DNA of 64,000 bases from Ostreococcus lucimarinus. Taxonomy: Eukaryota. Under the pieces are notes generated by a model. The model was not told the DNA's origin. It was given only the letters and a program-made list of their open reading frames with translations, and ran no database searches. Positions within the stretch are counted from its first letter, which is position 1; every line of letters begins with the position of its first letter. Below, piece by piece: positions 28,732 to 39,091 of the stretch. The position numbers and the translations under genes were made by a program. The DNA lies in NCBI GenBank assembly GCA_000092065.1, contig CP000586.1, one strand, 5' to 3'.

Positions 28732-30435
28732 TTATCCGCGACCAAACGCGCGTAAAGATTCCGTACCACCGCCGCCGCTCGCTCGAGCGGACGCGGTGAC
28801 GACGTTCTCCTCGGGCGCTGTCACGGGTACTTCTTCTTCAAGCGGAATGTACGCGGGAACTTGCACCGGGATTTTCGACCGACCAACTTTCGTCGGCGTT
28901 CGATGTCTCTGTTCCGCCGGTGTGGTGGACAGTTTCGCGCTCACCGCCGCCCAGCGCACGGCGAAGGCCGACCATCCCTTGGCGACGTGTACTCGGACGT
29001 TTTCGTAGACGCTCGTAACGATTTGACGCGTCTTTAGCGCACGATCTCCCGGTCCGACGCTCAAGGAGATCACCGCCGTAAAGCATCCGAGCTGAATAAG
29101 GCGCGCGAGCGCCCGGATGAGGTGTCTACGCTCCTTACCATCGGGGTCGATCTTGAACTCGTCTTCCTCGTCTTCATCCGAGGCGTACTCGACATTGGAA
29201 TAAATGGTGTGACGCGTGATCGCGGATCGCACCGAGCCCGCGATACTGTAGCGCTTGTGCGCGCCGTGCGCACGCTGCGTAGTCGCGCCCAGCGGCCACC
29301 GGCGATTGGAGTGAAAGGATGAAACATCGGACTTGGCGTCTGGGGAAAACGGCGCCGCGGCGACGGACGCAGGCCCTCGTCGAGGTGGCTTCGTCGGCGA
29401 GGTTATCTTGAACTCGCGGTACTCCTCGACCGTTTGCTCTGCAGTGTGCTTCCTCTTTTGTCTGAAAACCGTACGACCGACGCGATTGATGATGAAGAAC
29501 GGCGAACCTAAAGTAAAGTTCACCGTCTTCCACGCTGCGCCAAACGTATTCGCGAACAATCCCACGATTGGTGCCGCTAGCTTCTTCCCGCCTCGCGGCC
29601 CGATCGAAAGCGTCATGTCGATGCCATTTTCGTTCGCCTCCTCGTACTTCTCAACAAAATCTTCCCCGTACTCCGCACACATCATCTCGCGCGCCGTCGA
29701 CGACATCGTCACCCTCGACACCAACTCTCGATCCGCCGCTTCGATGACTTCCTCAAACGCTCGCGACTGCCTCGTCAACGCGCGTCTCGCCCGCGCTCGA
29801 AACTCCTCCTCCGCCTCCGCGCTCAATCCCGCGCTTTCCAACGCATCGTGCAACCTTCGCGCCACGAATTCATCCGAATTCCGCTCAAACGCCATGACTT
29901 TCGCCTCCACCCTCTCCACCGTCTTGCGCGCGCTATCCTCCAGCGTCCTCGCGCGCGCCCCCGCGCGTTCGCTCGCGTACGCCACCGCGCTCAGCGCTCG
30001 CTCCCCGTCCCGCCGCACCACCGATTCCGCGTGTTCAAACGATTCAAAATTCACGTAATCTTCCATCATCAGCGCTCTGCTCGCCTTACTCGTCGTCTTC
30101 GGTCGTCGTCTCGTCGCCCGATCGAGTCGCGGCGACATCACCCCCGCGCGCATCGCCCGCCAATCTCTCGCCTCTTCGTCCTCGCTCTCCCCCGTCCCGT
30201 CGCCCTCGCGCGCGATCGCCGCGTCATCGACGTTGTTTTCTTTCCCATCGTCGCTCGCGTCGTCGTCCTCGTCGTCGTCGTCGTCCTCGTCGTCGTCGGA
30301 TTCCATCCGTCGCGCGTACGCCCTCGCGAACGCGTCGAGTCGTCCGCGCTTCGCCCGCTGCGCCCGCGCCGGCGACGGGTCCTCGCCGCGCGCGTCGTCG
30401 TATCCTCGCAGCACCGCCGCCGCGACGGTCGCCAT
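28732..30435 (-). CDS. Hypothetical protein with long Asp/Glu-rich tract and conserved C-terminal region; no recognisable domain
   Basis: The ORF is open to 31080, but that extension runs antisense through the DUF212 gene; first plausible ATG (MATVAAAVLRGYDD) at 30435. Confidence 0.45.
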   Translation of the reverse strand: MATVAAAVLRGYDDARGEDPSPARAQRAKRGRLDAFARAYARRMESDDDEDDDDDEDDDASDDGKENNVDDAAIAREGDGTGESEDEEARDWRAMRAGVMSPRLDRATRRRPKTTSKASRALMMEDYVNFESFEHAESVVRRDGERALSAVAYASERAGARARTLEDSARKTVERVEAKVMAFERNSDEFVARRLHDALESAGLSAEAEEEFRARARRALTRQSRAFEEVIEAADRELVSRVTMSSTAREMMCAEYGEDFVEKYEEANENGIDMTLSIGPRGGKKLAAPIVGLFANTFGAAWKTVNFTLGSPFFIINRVGRTVFRQKRKHTAEQTVEEYREFKITSPTKPPRRGPASVAAAPFSPDAKSDVSSFHSNRRWPLGATTQRAHGAHKRYSIAGSVRSAITRHTIYSNVEYASDEDEEDEFKIDPDGKERRHLIRALARLIQLGCFTAVISLSVGPGDRALKTRQIVTSVYENVRVHVAKGWSAFAVRWAAVSAKLSTTPAEQRHRTPTKVGRSKIPVQVPAYIPLEEEVPVTAPEENVVTASARASGGGGTESLRAFGRG

Positions 30436-30547
30436 CGCGCGCGCGTCGCGTTCGGCCGCGGCGAACGGCTCGCGCGCGCGGTTTAAATTTAAATTCAAAA
30501 TCGTTCGCGACGGCGCGTCGGGTCGGCGCACGCGCGCGCGCGCCGCG

Positions 30548-31162
30548 ATGCCGCGCGTCGCGTCCGCGCTGGACAACTGCGGTCTCATCGCCGCGTTCGT
30601 CGCCGTCGTCGCGGCGCAGGCGCTGAAGCCGCTGACGGCGCGCGTCGCCGGCGGCGCGTGGAGGCCCGCGCTCGCGCTCGCGAGCGGTGGATTTCCGAGC
30701 TCGCACAGCGCGTTCGTCACCGCGCTCGCCGCGGGCGTGGGCGCGCAGTGGGGATACGACTCGGGATCGTTCGCGTGCGCGTGCGCGGTGAGCGCGGTGG
30801 TGATGTACGACGCGATGGGGGTGCGAAGACAGGCTGGATTCCACGCGACGGCGATCAACACGCTGGTGGCGAACGCGTACGGGACGCGAGGCGAAGGCGC
30901 GACGACGACGGGGACGACGCGCGAGGAGATGGACGAGGACGGAGGAAGGTATCGAGGCGACGCGGAGAGCGGGGCGCCGCAGGCGGGGGAGTCGCTCACG
31001 GACACGCTGTTCGACGAAGGATTCGACGCGTTCGTCGGGCGGTTGCAAGAGCGACCGCTGCGAGAGCACATCGGGCACACGCCCGTGCAGGTCGTCGCGG
31101 GGGCGGTGACGGGGATCGTGATAGGGATCGCCGTCAGTTTTAGCGTGGTGGGCCCGGAGTGA
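30548..31162 (+). CDS. DUF212 / acid phosphatase-vanadium-dependent haloperoxidase-related membrane protein (plastid envelope/thylakoid family)
   Basis: LDNCGLIAAFVAVVAAQALKPLTAR...SGGFPSSHSAFVTALAAGVG...VVMYDAMGVRRQAGFHA...LREHIGHTPVQVVAGAVTGIVIGIAV matches the DUF212 core; contains a Gly/Thr/Glu-rich insertion. Confidence 0.7.
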   Translation: MPRVASALDNCGLIAAFVAVVAAQALKPLTARVAGGAWRPALALASGGFPSSHSAFVTALAAGVGAQWGYDSGSFACACAVSAVVMYDAMGVRRQAGFHATAINTLVANAYGTRGEGATTTGTTREEMDEDGGRYRGDAESGAPQAGESLTDTLFDEGFDAFVGRLQERPLREHIGHTPVQVVAGAVTGIVIGIAVSFSVVGPE

Positions 31163-31273
31163 GGCGTTCGGGGGCGGGGAGTCGCTTCTATGTATTGGAA
31201 TCTTATTTTACTAGCCGTCGCGGAAACTGGACAGCTGTCGAATCGCGTCTTCGTCGAATCGAAGACGATCGCA

Positions 31274-32257
31274 CTAAGCCTTCATGCCGATGACGACGAA
31301 CGTCATGAAAATCACCATGACGAGCAAAATGTAAATGCACACGATGGCGACGCTGTGCTTTTGCGACTTCTCGGCTTGTACCAACTCTTTTCGTCCTTGC
31401 TCGACGGACGCCGCCACCTCTTGACAGTTATAGTCGATGCGGTCTAAAATCGTCCCTTGGTCGATGATCAGGGCGGATAAGTCCTTCATCACCGCCCCGA
31501 GGTCTTGCACGGACTCCAAAATTTTCATCACCTCGCGATCGCGCTCGATGCTCACCGTCTCGGCGCGATTCAACATCTCCATACGCAGCATCGACTCGCC
31601 GCCGCCGCCCGCGCTCGCGCCCGCGCCGGCGCCGCTGAACTGCGCGTACGAGTCCAGACCCGCCGCTCCCGGTCCTCGATCTTGCTGCGACTTCAATTTG
31701 GCTAAATAATCCTTCTGCTGTTTCCTAAAATCCTGCGAAAGCTTGTTCAACTCCATCGCCAACTTTCTCTGCGCGTTGACGCGCACGCGCTCCTCCCCAT
31801 CTCCTTCCCCCGTCTCGCTCACGCTCCGTATTGCGACATCGCACCGCTTAAACAGTTTCGTCACTTCCTTCGTCAGCGCCTCCGCGACGACGTCCTCGCC
31901 CGCGACGTCGTCGAAATTTGGCAGCAACGCCTTGGCGTGCGCCTCGCGCAACCCGCGCAGGCTCGTCCGTATCGCCTCCACGTCCCTCGCCGCGTCATCG
32001 CACCGCTCGACCCATCGCGGGACGACGCCCGCGCGTTCCGGCACCCCCACGCGCACGTCATCGCTCGCGTCGTCGCTCCGCGCGCCCAGCGCGGCGTCCA
32101 GCAGTCTCGACGTGCCGCGCGCGTCCCCGACCGTCGTCGCGAGCGACGCGTGCGCGTCGCCTCGCTGCGCGCGCGCGACGTCGCGCGCGCGCGCGTACGC
32201 GTGCGTGAGGTTTCTGTGCGCGCCGAACGCGCTCGCGGCGCGCGCGCGCGCCACCAT
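31274..32257 (-). CDS. Qa-SNARE syntaxin (syntaxin-16/Tlg2/SYP4-like)
   Basis: Habc region, SNARE motif (ALIIDQGTILDRIDYNCQEVAASVEQGRKEL) and C-terminal TM (VAIVCIYILLVMVIFMTFVVIGM). My own base counting places the ATG and stop 1 bp lower than the ORF track. Confidence 0.75.
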   Translation of the reverse strand: MVARARAASAFGAHRNLTHAYARARDVARAQRGDAHASLATTVGDARGTSRLLDAALGARSDDASDDVRVGVPERAGVVPRWVERCDDAARDVEAIRTSLRGLREAHAKALLPNFDDVAGEDVVAEALTKEVTKLFKRCDVAIRSVSETGEGDGEERVRVNAQRKLAMELNKLSQDFRKQQKDYLAKLKSQQDRGPGAAGLDSYAQFSGAGAGASAGGGGESMLRMEMLNRAETVSIERDREVMKILESVQDLGAVMKDLSALIIDQGTILDRIDYNCQEVAASVEQGRKELVQAEKSQKHSVAIVCIYILLVMVIFMTFVVIGMKA

Positions 32258-32409
32258 CGCGCGTCGTCGAATGCGGTCGCGTCCGTTCGGAGTCGTTGCT
32301 TTGGAGTCGTCGCTTCGGCGCGTTTGGAGTCAAAACGACGCGCGTCGCGCGCGCGCGAACGCGAGACGGGCGTCGGAGACGGGCGGTCGCGCGCGTCGAC
32401 GAACGCGCG

Positions 32410-35400
32410 ATGGTCGACGCGCGAGACGCGCTCGTAGCGCTCGCGATCGGCGCCGAGGTGTGGATTACGAGCGATGGAAAAGATGGCGACGCGGCGACGC
32501 ATCTGCCGGGCGTCGTCGCGTCCGTGCGAGACGATGGACGCGCGTGCGGCGTGAAGGTTGAGGGCGAAGACGGCGAGCGCGAGTGCGACGCGGGAGAGGT
32601 GCTGATGCGCGAACGCGCGACGGCGGAGGATATGGTGAAGCTGAACCATCTGCACGAACCGGGCGTGCTCGAAAATTTGCGCGCGCGGTACGCGACGGAT
32701 GACATCTACACCTACACCGGGTCGATCCTGATCGCGGTGAACCCGTTCAAGGACGTCGGACACTTGTATGATGAACACATGATGTCGATGTATCGAGGGG
32801 CGCGATTGGGAGATCTGAGTCCGCACGTGTACGCCACGGCGGACGCCGCGTACGAGGCGCTGCGGACGGAGGGCGTGTCGCAGAGCGTGCTGGTGAGCGG
32901 GGAATCTGGGGCGGGGAAGACAGAGACGGCGAAGTTATTGATGCGGTACATCGCGCACAGATCGTCGTCCGATGAAGACGCGGGTGGAGGTAGGACGACG
33001 CAGGATAAAGTGTTGGAAAGTAATCCGTTGTTGGAAGCGTTTGGGAACGCGAAAACGGTTCGAAACGACAACAGTAGTCGATTTGGAAAGTACGTGGAGC
33101 TTCAATTCGATTCGAAATATCGTATCAGTGGGGCGGCGATCCGTACGTACCTCCTCGAGCGAAGTCGCGTCGTGAAGACGAGCGATCCCGAGCGGAATTT
33201 TCACATCTTTTATCAGCTGTGTGCTGGAGCAGAAGAGAGCGATCGAGAGACTTGGCGATTGAAGGACGCATCTGCTTATAATTACACCAACCAGAGCGCG
33301 TGTTTCGACTTAGATGGCTTGGACAACTCGGAGGAGTACAGACGCACTACGAACGCCATGGACGTGGTCGGCATTACCAAGGCGGAGCAGAAGAGCATCA
33401 TGAGCGTCGTCGCGGGTATTTTGCACTTGGGCAATATTTGTTTCATCGACAATACCGACGACGAAGGCTGTGATTTCGCCAGCGATGCCGCTAAGGGCGC
33501 GTTGGTAGATTGCGCCGCGGTTTTAAAGCTCGATGCCGAAAAGCTCGAGCGCTCCCTTCGCACGAGAAGAATCGTCCTCGCTGATGAAGTCATTCACAAG
33601 CCCCTCTCCGCCGCCGCCGCGACGCACTCGCGCGATGCGCTCGCGAAGAGTCTGTACTCCAAGTTATTCGATTCGCTCGTCGATCGAATCAACATCAGTA
33701 TCGGTCAAGATGCGACGAGCAAAGCGTTCATCGGAGTCCTCGATATCTACGGTTTTGAGAGCTTCGCCGTGAATTCGTTTGAGCAATTCTGCATCAACTT
33801 CGCCAACGAGAAGCTTCAGCAACATTTCAATCAGCACGTCTTCAAGATGGAGCAAGAAGAGTACGAAAGAGAAGGTATCGATTGGTCTTACATCGAATTC
33901 ATCGATAATCAGGACATGCTCGACGTGATCGAGCGGCGTTCGAACGGAATCATATCGTTGCTTGACGAATCGTGCATGCTGGCGTCGAGTACGGATGAGC
34001 AGTTTGCTCAAAAGTTGTACACTGGTCTCAAGGACGAGCAACGCCTCAGCAAGCCCAAGTTGTCTCAAACTGCGTTCACACTTTCTCATTATGCGGGTGA
34101 TGTGACGTATGAGAGTAATACCTTCCTCGACAAGAATAAAGACTTCGTAATCCAAGAGCATGAAGAAATTTTGGCAAGCGGATCCCACGAAGAACTCGTT
34201 AGAATGTTCGCGCTTGGTGATGACTCTTCGGAAACGTCTGGACGAGGAAAGTCGTCTACAAAGTTTAGTTCCGTGAGTACGCGCTTCAAGAAGCAGCTCG
34301 GTGAGCTCATGTCAAAGCTTAACGCGACGGAACCCCATTACATAAGATGCATCAAGCCAAACGCAGCGTCCAAGGCGTCGAGCTTTGAAGGCGCAAACGT
34401 TCTTCAGCAGCTTCGCTGCGGGGGTGTATTGGAGGCCATTCGCATCAGCTGTGCGGGATATCCATCGCGAAAGCCTATCGAGATTTTTCTCGCGCGTTTT
34501 GGTCTCCTTGCTCCGCAAGCAGCCGCGCTGTATTTCGAAGGTCGTGAACGCGAAGCACTCGAAGGGATTTTGCAAGCCGCCAACGTCGATGGATGGCAAA
34601 TCGGCAAAACACAGGTCTTCCTAAGGTCGGGTCAGATGGCTATTTTGGACGTTCTACGCCTGAATAAGCTGAACAAGGCGGCCATCGAGATTCAAAGCAG
34701 GGCGCGCGCGTTCGTCAAACGTAAGCAGTTCACCGAGCTGAGATCGGCTTCGATCAAGGTTGCCGCAGCCGCTCGTGGAATGCTTGCTCGCAAGAGGGTT
34801 CGCAGCATACGGGAGCAAATTGCAGCCGTTCGAATTCAGACTGCATTCAGGGCCATACGTGCGCGAGTTCAATTCGAGCGGACCAAAGACGCGGTGCAAA
34901 AGATTCAGGCAATCGTTCGAGGTGCGAGAGCACGACGAATTCTCCGGCAGACTCGGGCGACAGAAATAACCACGAACAAAGCGGCCACGTGCATCCAGTC
35001 TCACTGGAAAGCTAAGGTTGCTCGCAAGGAATTCAAAGTCGCGAAGGCCAGGGCACGGGAAACTGGTGCGCTTCTCGAAGCGAAGTCGTCGCTTGAGCAG
35101 CAGCTCGAATCTGAGCGAGCCCGCACTGCCATGGAGCAACGCGCCCGTCAAGATGAAAACGCTCGCCACGCCTCGATGGAACAAGAGCTTCGCGCGCGCA
35201 TGGAGACATTGGAAAAGGAACTTGCTATCGCGAGAGAAAGTGTGCACGGAATCGTTGAGTCTCGAGTGTCTGAAGTTACGTCGCAGAAAGATGGCGAAAT
35301 CAACGTGCTCAGGCAATCGTTGGTCGAGCGCGATGCCAAACTCGCAGAGCTGCAAGAGTGGAAAGCAACGAGAGAGGCGCAGTTCGCAGAGCTGAACTCG

Positions 35401-37107
35401 AAACTAGAAGCGATACATCTCGACTCGCTTGCGTCGCCGGCTAAACATTCAATCGCAACCGGTGAAGCGACCATCGCGTCCGCGTCCTCGAGTGCGCTCG
35501 GGGATTTGAACACACGAATCAGCGAAAAGATTGAACTCAACTCAAAATTGCGCCAAGAAAACGACTCGCTTCAGCAAGAGCGTACCGATCTTGAAAGAGT
35601 AGTGAATCAGTTGCGCACAGAGATGAGCGAAATGGAGAAGGAAAACGCAACGATGAAGTCGCAATGTTCGCCTTCGCCGGTGAGGACTGGCGGACGATTC
35701 GCTTCAATTCTCAGCCCGATGTCGCCCATGGACGGGTTGGACACTCTGGAGTCCCCGCGGACTCCAGATACGCCGAATAGCGAAGACGTAGAGGCAGCCC
35801 TCGAACGAGAACAAGCTGAACTGGACGCGCGGAAATTGAAGCTCGAACAAGTCCGCTCGCACATGGAGTACGCAGTCTTGTTGAACTTCATCGAGAAGGA
35901 CGCGAGGGATGCGGGATTCATGGAGAATGGGACTCCAGTGCTCGCGTGCATTATTTTTAGATGCTTACTCAAATGGGGAACGTTTGAGTTGGATAGAACG
36001 AGTCTGTTCGACAAGATCATGGATGCTATCAACATAAGTTTGGAGGACGCAGGCGAAGATTACGCGGCGCTGACTTACTGGCTCACTAATGCGTTTATTC
36101 TCCTGCAGCTCTTGCAGCGAACGCTCAAGACGACCGCGTCGGGTAGCAAAGAAAACCGAAGGAAAAGTGGCGGTCTATTCGATCGGCTGAACTCTCGGTT
36201 TGTGCGCGCTACGACGCCGGTGTCGACATCGTCTCCTGGCGTGAAAGGTGTCTCGCACATCGACGCCAAATATCCGGCGTTTCTGTTCAAGCAGCAGCTG
36301 GCGGCGCTCGTGGAAAAGATTTATGGCACTCTACGAGACCGTGTGAAAAAGGACGTAACTCCACAGTTTGCTACTTGCATTCAAGCCCCGAGACAGCGTT
36401 CAGGTACGGCAACTCTTGCACGCAGTGCGTCGGGCGTCCTTCGCCCCGAGTTGGGTCAAGGCTGGATGCGAATCTTGGACACGTTGGACGAAACCGTCAA
36501 GGCGATGGCTTTAAATAATGTCCCCCAGGCACTCAGCAAACGTTTCTTCGTTCAAGTATTTTGTTTTATAAACGTTCAAATGTTCAACGCCCTTCTTCTC
36601 CGGCGCGAATGTTGCTCGTTTTCGAACGGTGAGTACATCAAGATGGGTCTATCTCTTTTCGATTCATGGGCTCGCAAGCCCCAAAACGAAGCCGTCGGCG
36701 AAGACTCCTTGGATGAATTGAGATTTATTCGCCAGGCTGTCAATCTACTAGTGATCCACCAAAAGCCGCAGAAGACTTTGAATGAAATAACCTTGGAGCT
36801 ATGCCCTCAACTCAGCATTCAGCAGCTTTACAGAATCAGCACGATGTACTGGGACGACAAGTACGGCACGGAATCCGTCAACGCCGAGGTTTTGAGCGAA
36901 ATGCGAATTAGAATGAAGGAAGATAACAGTTCGCATGCGAGTAACTCATTTCTACTCGACGATGATAGTAGTGTACAGTTCAGCATCGACGAAAATCTCG
37001 ATGCGCAAGCGATCAGTATACAGCTCGACGGCGGTTTCGGCCTTCCGGGAACTTTTCTCGAGAATCCGTCCTTCGCGTTTCTACTTGCACGACCGAGCGA
37101 ACAGTGA
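32410..37107 (+). CDS. Class XI (myosin V-like) myosin heavy chain: motor domain, 5-6 IQ motifs, coiled-coil, C-terminal DIL cargo-binding domain
   Basis: P-loop GESGAGKTE, switch regions, IQ repeats (IQSRARAFVKRKQF, IQTAFRAIRARVQF ...), long heptad region, DIL-like tail. First ATG 32410, in frame with the track ORF. Confidence 0.85.
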   Translation: MVDARDALVALAIGAEVWITSDGKDGDAATHLPGVVASVRDDGRACGVKVEGEDGERECDAGEVLMRERATAEDMVKLNHLHEPGVLENLRARYATDDIYTYTGSILIAVNPFKDVGHLYDEHMMSMYRGARLGDLSPHVYATADAAYEALRTEGVSQSVLVSGESGAGKTETAKLLMRYIAHRSSSDEDAGGGRTTQDKVLESNPLLEAFGNAKTVRNDNSSRFGKYVELQFDSKYRISGAAIRTYLLERSRVVKTSDPERNFHIFYQLCAGAEESDRETWRLKDASAYNYTNQSACFDLDGLDNSEEYRRTTNAMDVVGITKAEQKSIMSVVAGILHLGNICFIDNTDDEGCDFASDAAKGALVDCAAVLKLDAEKLERSLRTRRIVLADEVIHKPLSAAAATHSRDALAKSLYSKLFDSLVDRINISIGQDATSKAFIGVLDIYGFESFAVNSFEQFCINFANEKLQQHFNQHVFKMEQEEYEREGIDWSYIEFIDNQDMLDVIERRSNGIISLLDESCMLASSTDEQFAQKLYTGLKDEQRLSKPKLSQTAFTLSHYAGDVTYESNTFLDKNKDFVIQEHEEILASGSHEELVRMFALGDDSSETSGRGKSSTKFSSVSTRFKKQLGELMSKLNATEPHYIRCIKPNAASKASSFEGANVLQQLRCGGVLEAIRISCAGYPSRKPIEIFLARFGLLAPQAAALYFEGREREALEGILQAANVDGWQIGKTQVFLRSGQMAILDVLRLNKLNKAAIEIQSRARAFVKRKQFTELRSASIKVAAAARGMLARKRVRSIREQIAAVRIQTAFRAIRARVQFERTKDAVQKIQAIVRGARARRILRQTRATEITTNKAATCIQSHWKAKVARKEFKVAKARARETGALLEAKSSLEQQLESERARTAMEQRARQDENARHASMEQELRARMETLEKELAIARESVHGIVESRVSEVTSQKDGEINVLRQSLVERDAKLAELQEWKATREAQFAELNSKLEAIHLDSLASPAKHSIATGEATIASASSSALGDLNTRISEKIELNSKLRQENDSLQQERTDLERVVNQLRTEMSEMEKENATMKSQCSPSPVRTGGRFASILSPMSPMDGLDTLESPRTPDTPNSEDVEAALEREQAELDARKLKLEQVRSHMEYAVLLNFIEKDARDAGFMENGTPVLACIIFRCLLKWGTFELDRTSLFDKIMDAINISLEDAGEDYAALTYWLTNAFILLQLLQRTLKTTASGSKENRRKSGGLFDRLNSRFVRATTPVSTSSPGVKGVSHIDAKYPAFLFKQQLAALVEKIYGTLRDRVKKDVTPQFATCIQAPRQRSGTATLARSASGVLRPELGQGWMRILDTLDETVKAMALNNVPQALSKRFFVQVFCFINVQMFNALLLRRECCSFSNGEYIKMGLSLFDSWARKPQNEAVGEDSLDELRFIRQAVNLLVIHQKPQKTLNEITLELCPQLSIQQLYRISTMYWDDKYGTESVNAEVLSEMRIRMKEDNSSHASNSFLLDDDSSVQFSIDENLDAQAISIQLDGGFGLPGTFLENPSFAFLLARPSEQ

Positions 37108-37177
37108 CGAAGAATTTAGCTTGTAATGACAACGATACACTAGATTAACGGATACAAAAATTTACTCGAGAGCAGGT

Positions 37178-38785
37178 TCATTCCTCGGTGATGGTCAACT
37201 TGGCTTCGCCGAGACTTCCTAAGTCTCCAGGAAGCAACGGAGCACTGGAGCGCCCTGGACTTTGCGATGGAGATGGAGTTAGGCTGCCGTCACTAGTCGA
37301 CGACCGCCGACTAGTCGCGACGGAAGTAGGCTTCGCGTCGGTTTCCATGATTTCGCTGAGCACCATGGCAAATCGAGCCGCATCGCCAGCGCGAACGCGC
37401 ATTTCCATTTGACTCTCGCTGCCCGACTTGTCTTTGAACCTGAAAATCGTCGTTTGGAACTCGGTGTACGATGAACCGCCGTGCATGGACCTGTCGAGCC
37501 CATTACATTCTCTGTCGGCCGACACTCGGAGTGCATTGAAGTACTTGAGTACAGCGAGCACGGCCAGCGCCGTGACGGACACCCAAGCGCATAAGGCGAG
37601 TAGGAACACCAAGGCTGCGCCGAAGACGGCGCCGCCGTGCGAGCATCCGTACAACAACCCGCAACCCTTGTAAGAATCGCCGTAAAAGTGCTTGAGGAAC
37701 TTCGGCGCACTGAAAAGCGCGGAGGCGACGATGCCCCAAATACCGCCAAAAAAGTGTACGGCGACGGCGTCGACGACATCATCGAGCTTCTTGCGCACCA
37801 TAAAGTCCGACGCCCAGACGTATAAAACTCCGGCGACGACGCCGATGACGAGGGACACGCCAATCTCTACGAACGCCGCGCCCCCGGAAGAGCTCACGAG
37901 AGCGGTGAGGATACCGTTGATCATTCGAGCCGGACGAACGCGACTGCGATCGCGATACATATCGATACAGACCACGGTGATACCGCCGAGGCAACCCGAG
38001 AGCGCGGTGACGAGACCGACGCGCGCAACCGTGATCAAATGCTCTTCGGCGAGCGTCCGCACGCTGCCGCAATTGAACCCGAACCACCCGTACCACATGA
38101 GCATGCCTCCGATCACCTGATACACCGGGTTCTGCTGAGGCATATCGTTCGCCCGTCGTCCGTGAGAGAACCGCCCCGCGCGCGCGCCGACGACGTACAC
38201 CGCCCAGAGCGCGCACAGTCCCCCCGTCACGTGCACCACGCCCGATCCCGCGTAATCCAGCACCCCGACGTCGAACAACACCCTCCCACCCCCCCTGACC
38301 GGATTCGCCCACCCGTTCTCCGCCCACGCCCAGTGCGAGACGATCGGAAAGATGACCCCCGCCACCACGCTCGACAAAACCGCGTACGACTGAAACGGAA
38401 ACCGCTCCGCCACCGCCCCCGACACGATCGTCGCGCTCGTCGCCGCGAAGCACGCCGAAAAGAACGCGTTCGCGTGCGCCCCCGCCGCCGTCGCGTGATT
38501 CGCGCTGTCAAACTTCGCCGACCGCATCCCGAACCCGTCCCTGCCCGCGAACCCGTCCTCGCCCGCGCCCCACGCCAGCCCGTACCCGACCGCGTAATAC
38601 GCCACCCCGCTCGCGCACAGGTCCAAGACGTTCTTCACCAGCACGCTCTTCGTGTTCCGGATCGACACGCTCCCGACCTCGAGCAGCGCGAACCCGATCG
38701 ACATCGCGAACACCAGCGTGGCGCAGTACATGAAGAAGACCGCGTCCACCTTTTGCACGTCCAGCGTCACCTGCATCCCCGCCAT
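37178..38785 (-). CDS. Ammonium transporter, AMT1 subfamily
   Basis: Eleven hydrophobic segments with AMT signatures (FAMSIGFALLEVGSVSIRNTKSVLVKNVLD, GAVAERFPFQSYA, HFFGGIWGIVASALF). The track ORF runs on to 39841 through Arg-rich non-coding GC sequence; the real ATG (MAGMQVTLD) is at 38785. Confidence 0.85.
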   Translation of the reverse strand: MAGMQVTLDVQKVDAVFFMYCATLVFAMSIGFALLEVGSVSIRNTKSVLVKNVLDLCASGVAYYAVGYGLAWGAGEDGFAGRDGFGMRSAKFDSANHATAAGAHANAFFSACFAATSATIVSGAVAERFPFQSYAVLSSVVAGVIFPIVSHWAWAENGWANPVRGGGRVLFDVGVLDYAGSGVVHVTGGLCALWAVYVVGARAGRFSHGRRANDMPQQNPVYQVIGGMLMWYGWFGFNCGSVRTLAEEHLITVARVGLVTALSGCLGGITVVCIDMYRDRSRVRPARMINGILTALVSSSGGAAFVEIGVSLVIGVVAGVLYVWASDFMVRKKLDDVVDAVAVHFFGGIWGIVASALFSAPKFLKHFYGDSYKGCGLLYGCSHGGAVFGAALVFLLALCAWVSVTALAVLAVLKYFNALRVSADRECNGLDRSMHGGSSYTEFQTTIFRFKDKSGSESQMEMRVRAGDAARFAMVLSEIMETDAKPTSVATSRRSSTSDGSLTPSPSQSPGRSSAPLLPGDLGSLGEAKLTITEE

Positions 38786-39091
38786 CGCGCGCGATCGTTC
38801 GTCGCGCGTCCGCGTCGGCGTCCGACGCGGCGCGCGGCGCGCGGCGGCGTCTGACGCGTCGCGCGGCGCGTCGCGACGTCGCGCGCCGAGGCGTCGCGTC
38901 GACCCGAGACACCCGCGTGTGCGGGCGCCACGGATTCGACGCGACCGACCGCGACCGCGCACGACGACGCGCGTCGACGCGCGCGCGACGCCATGCGCGC
39001 GGCGACGCGACGGTGACGACCACACGCGCGTCGCGCCCGACGACGACGCGAGACGACGCGCCGAACGCGGCGCGGCGAAGCCGAACGCGGG

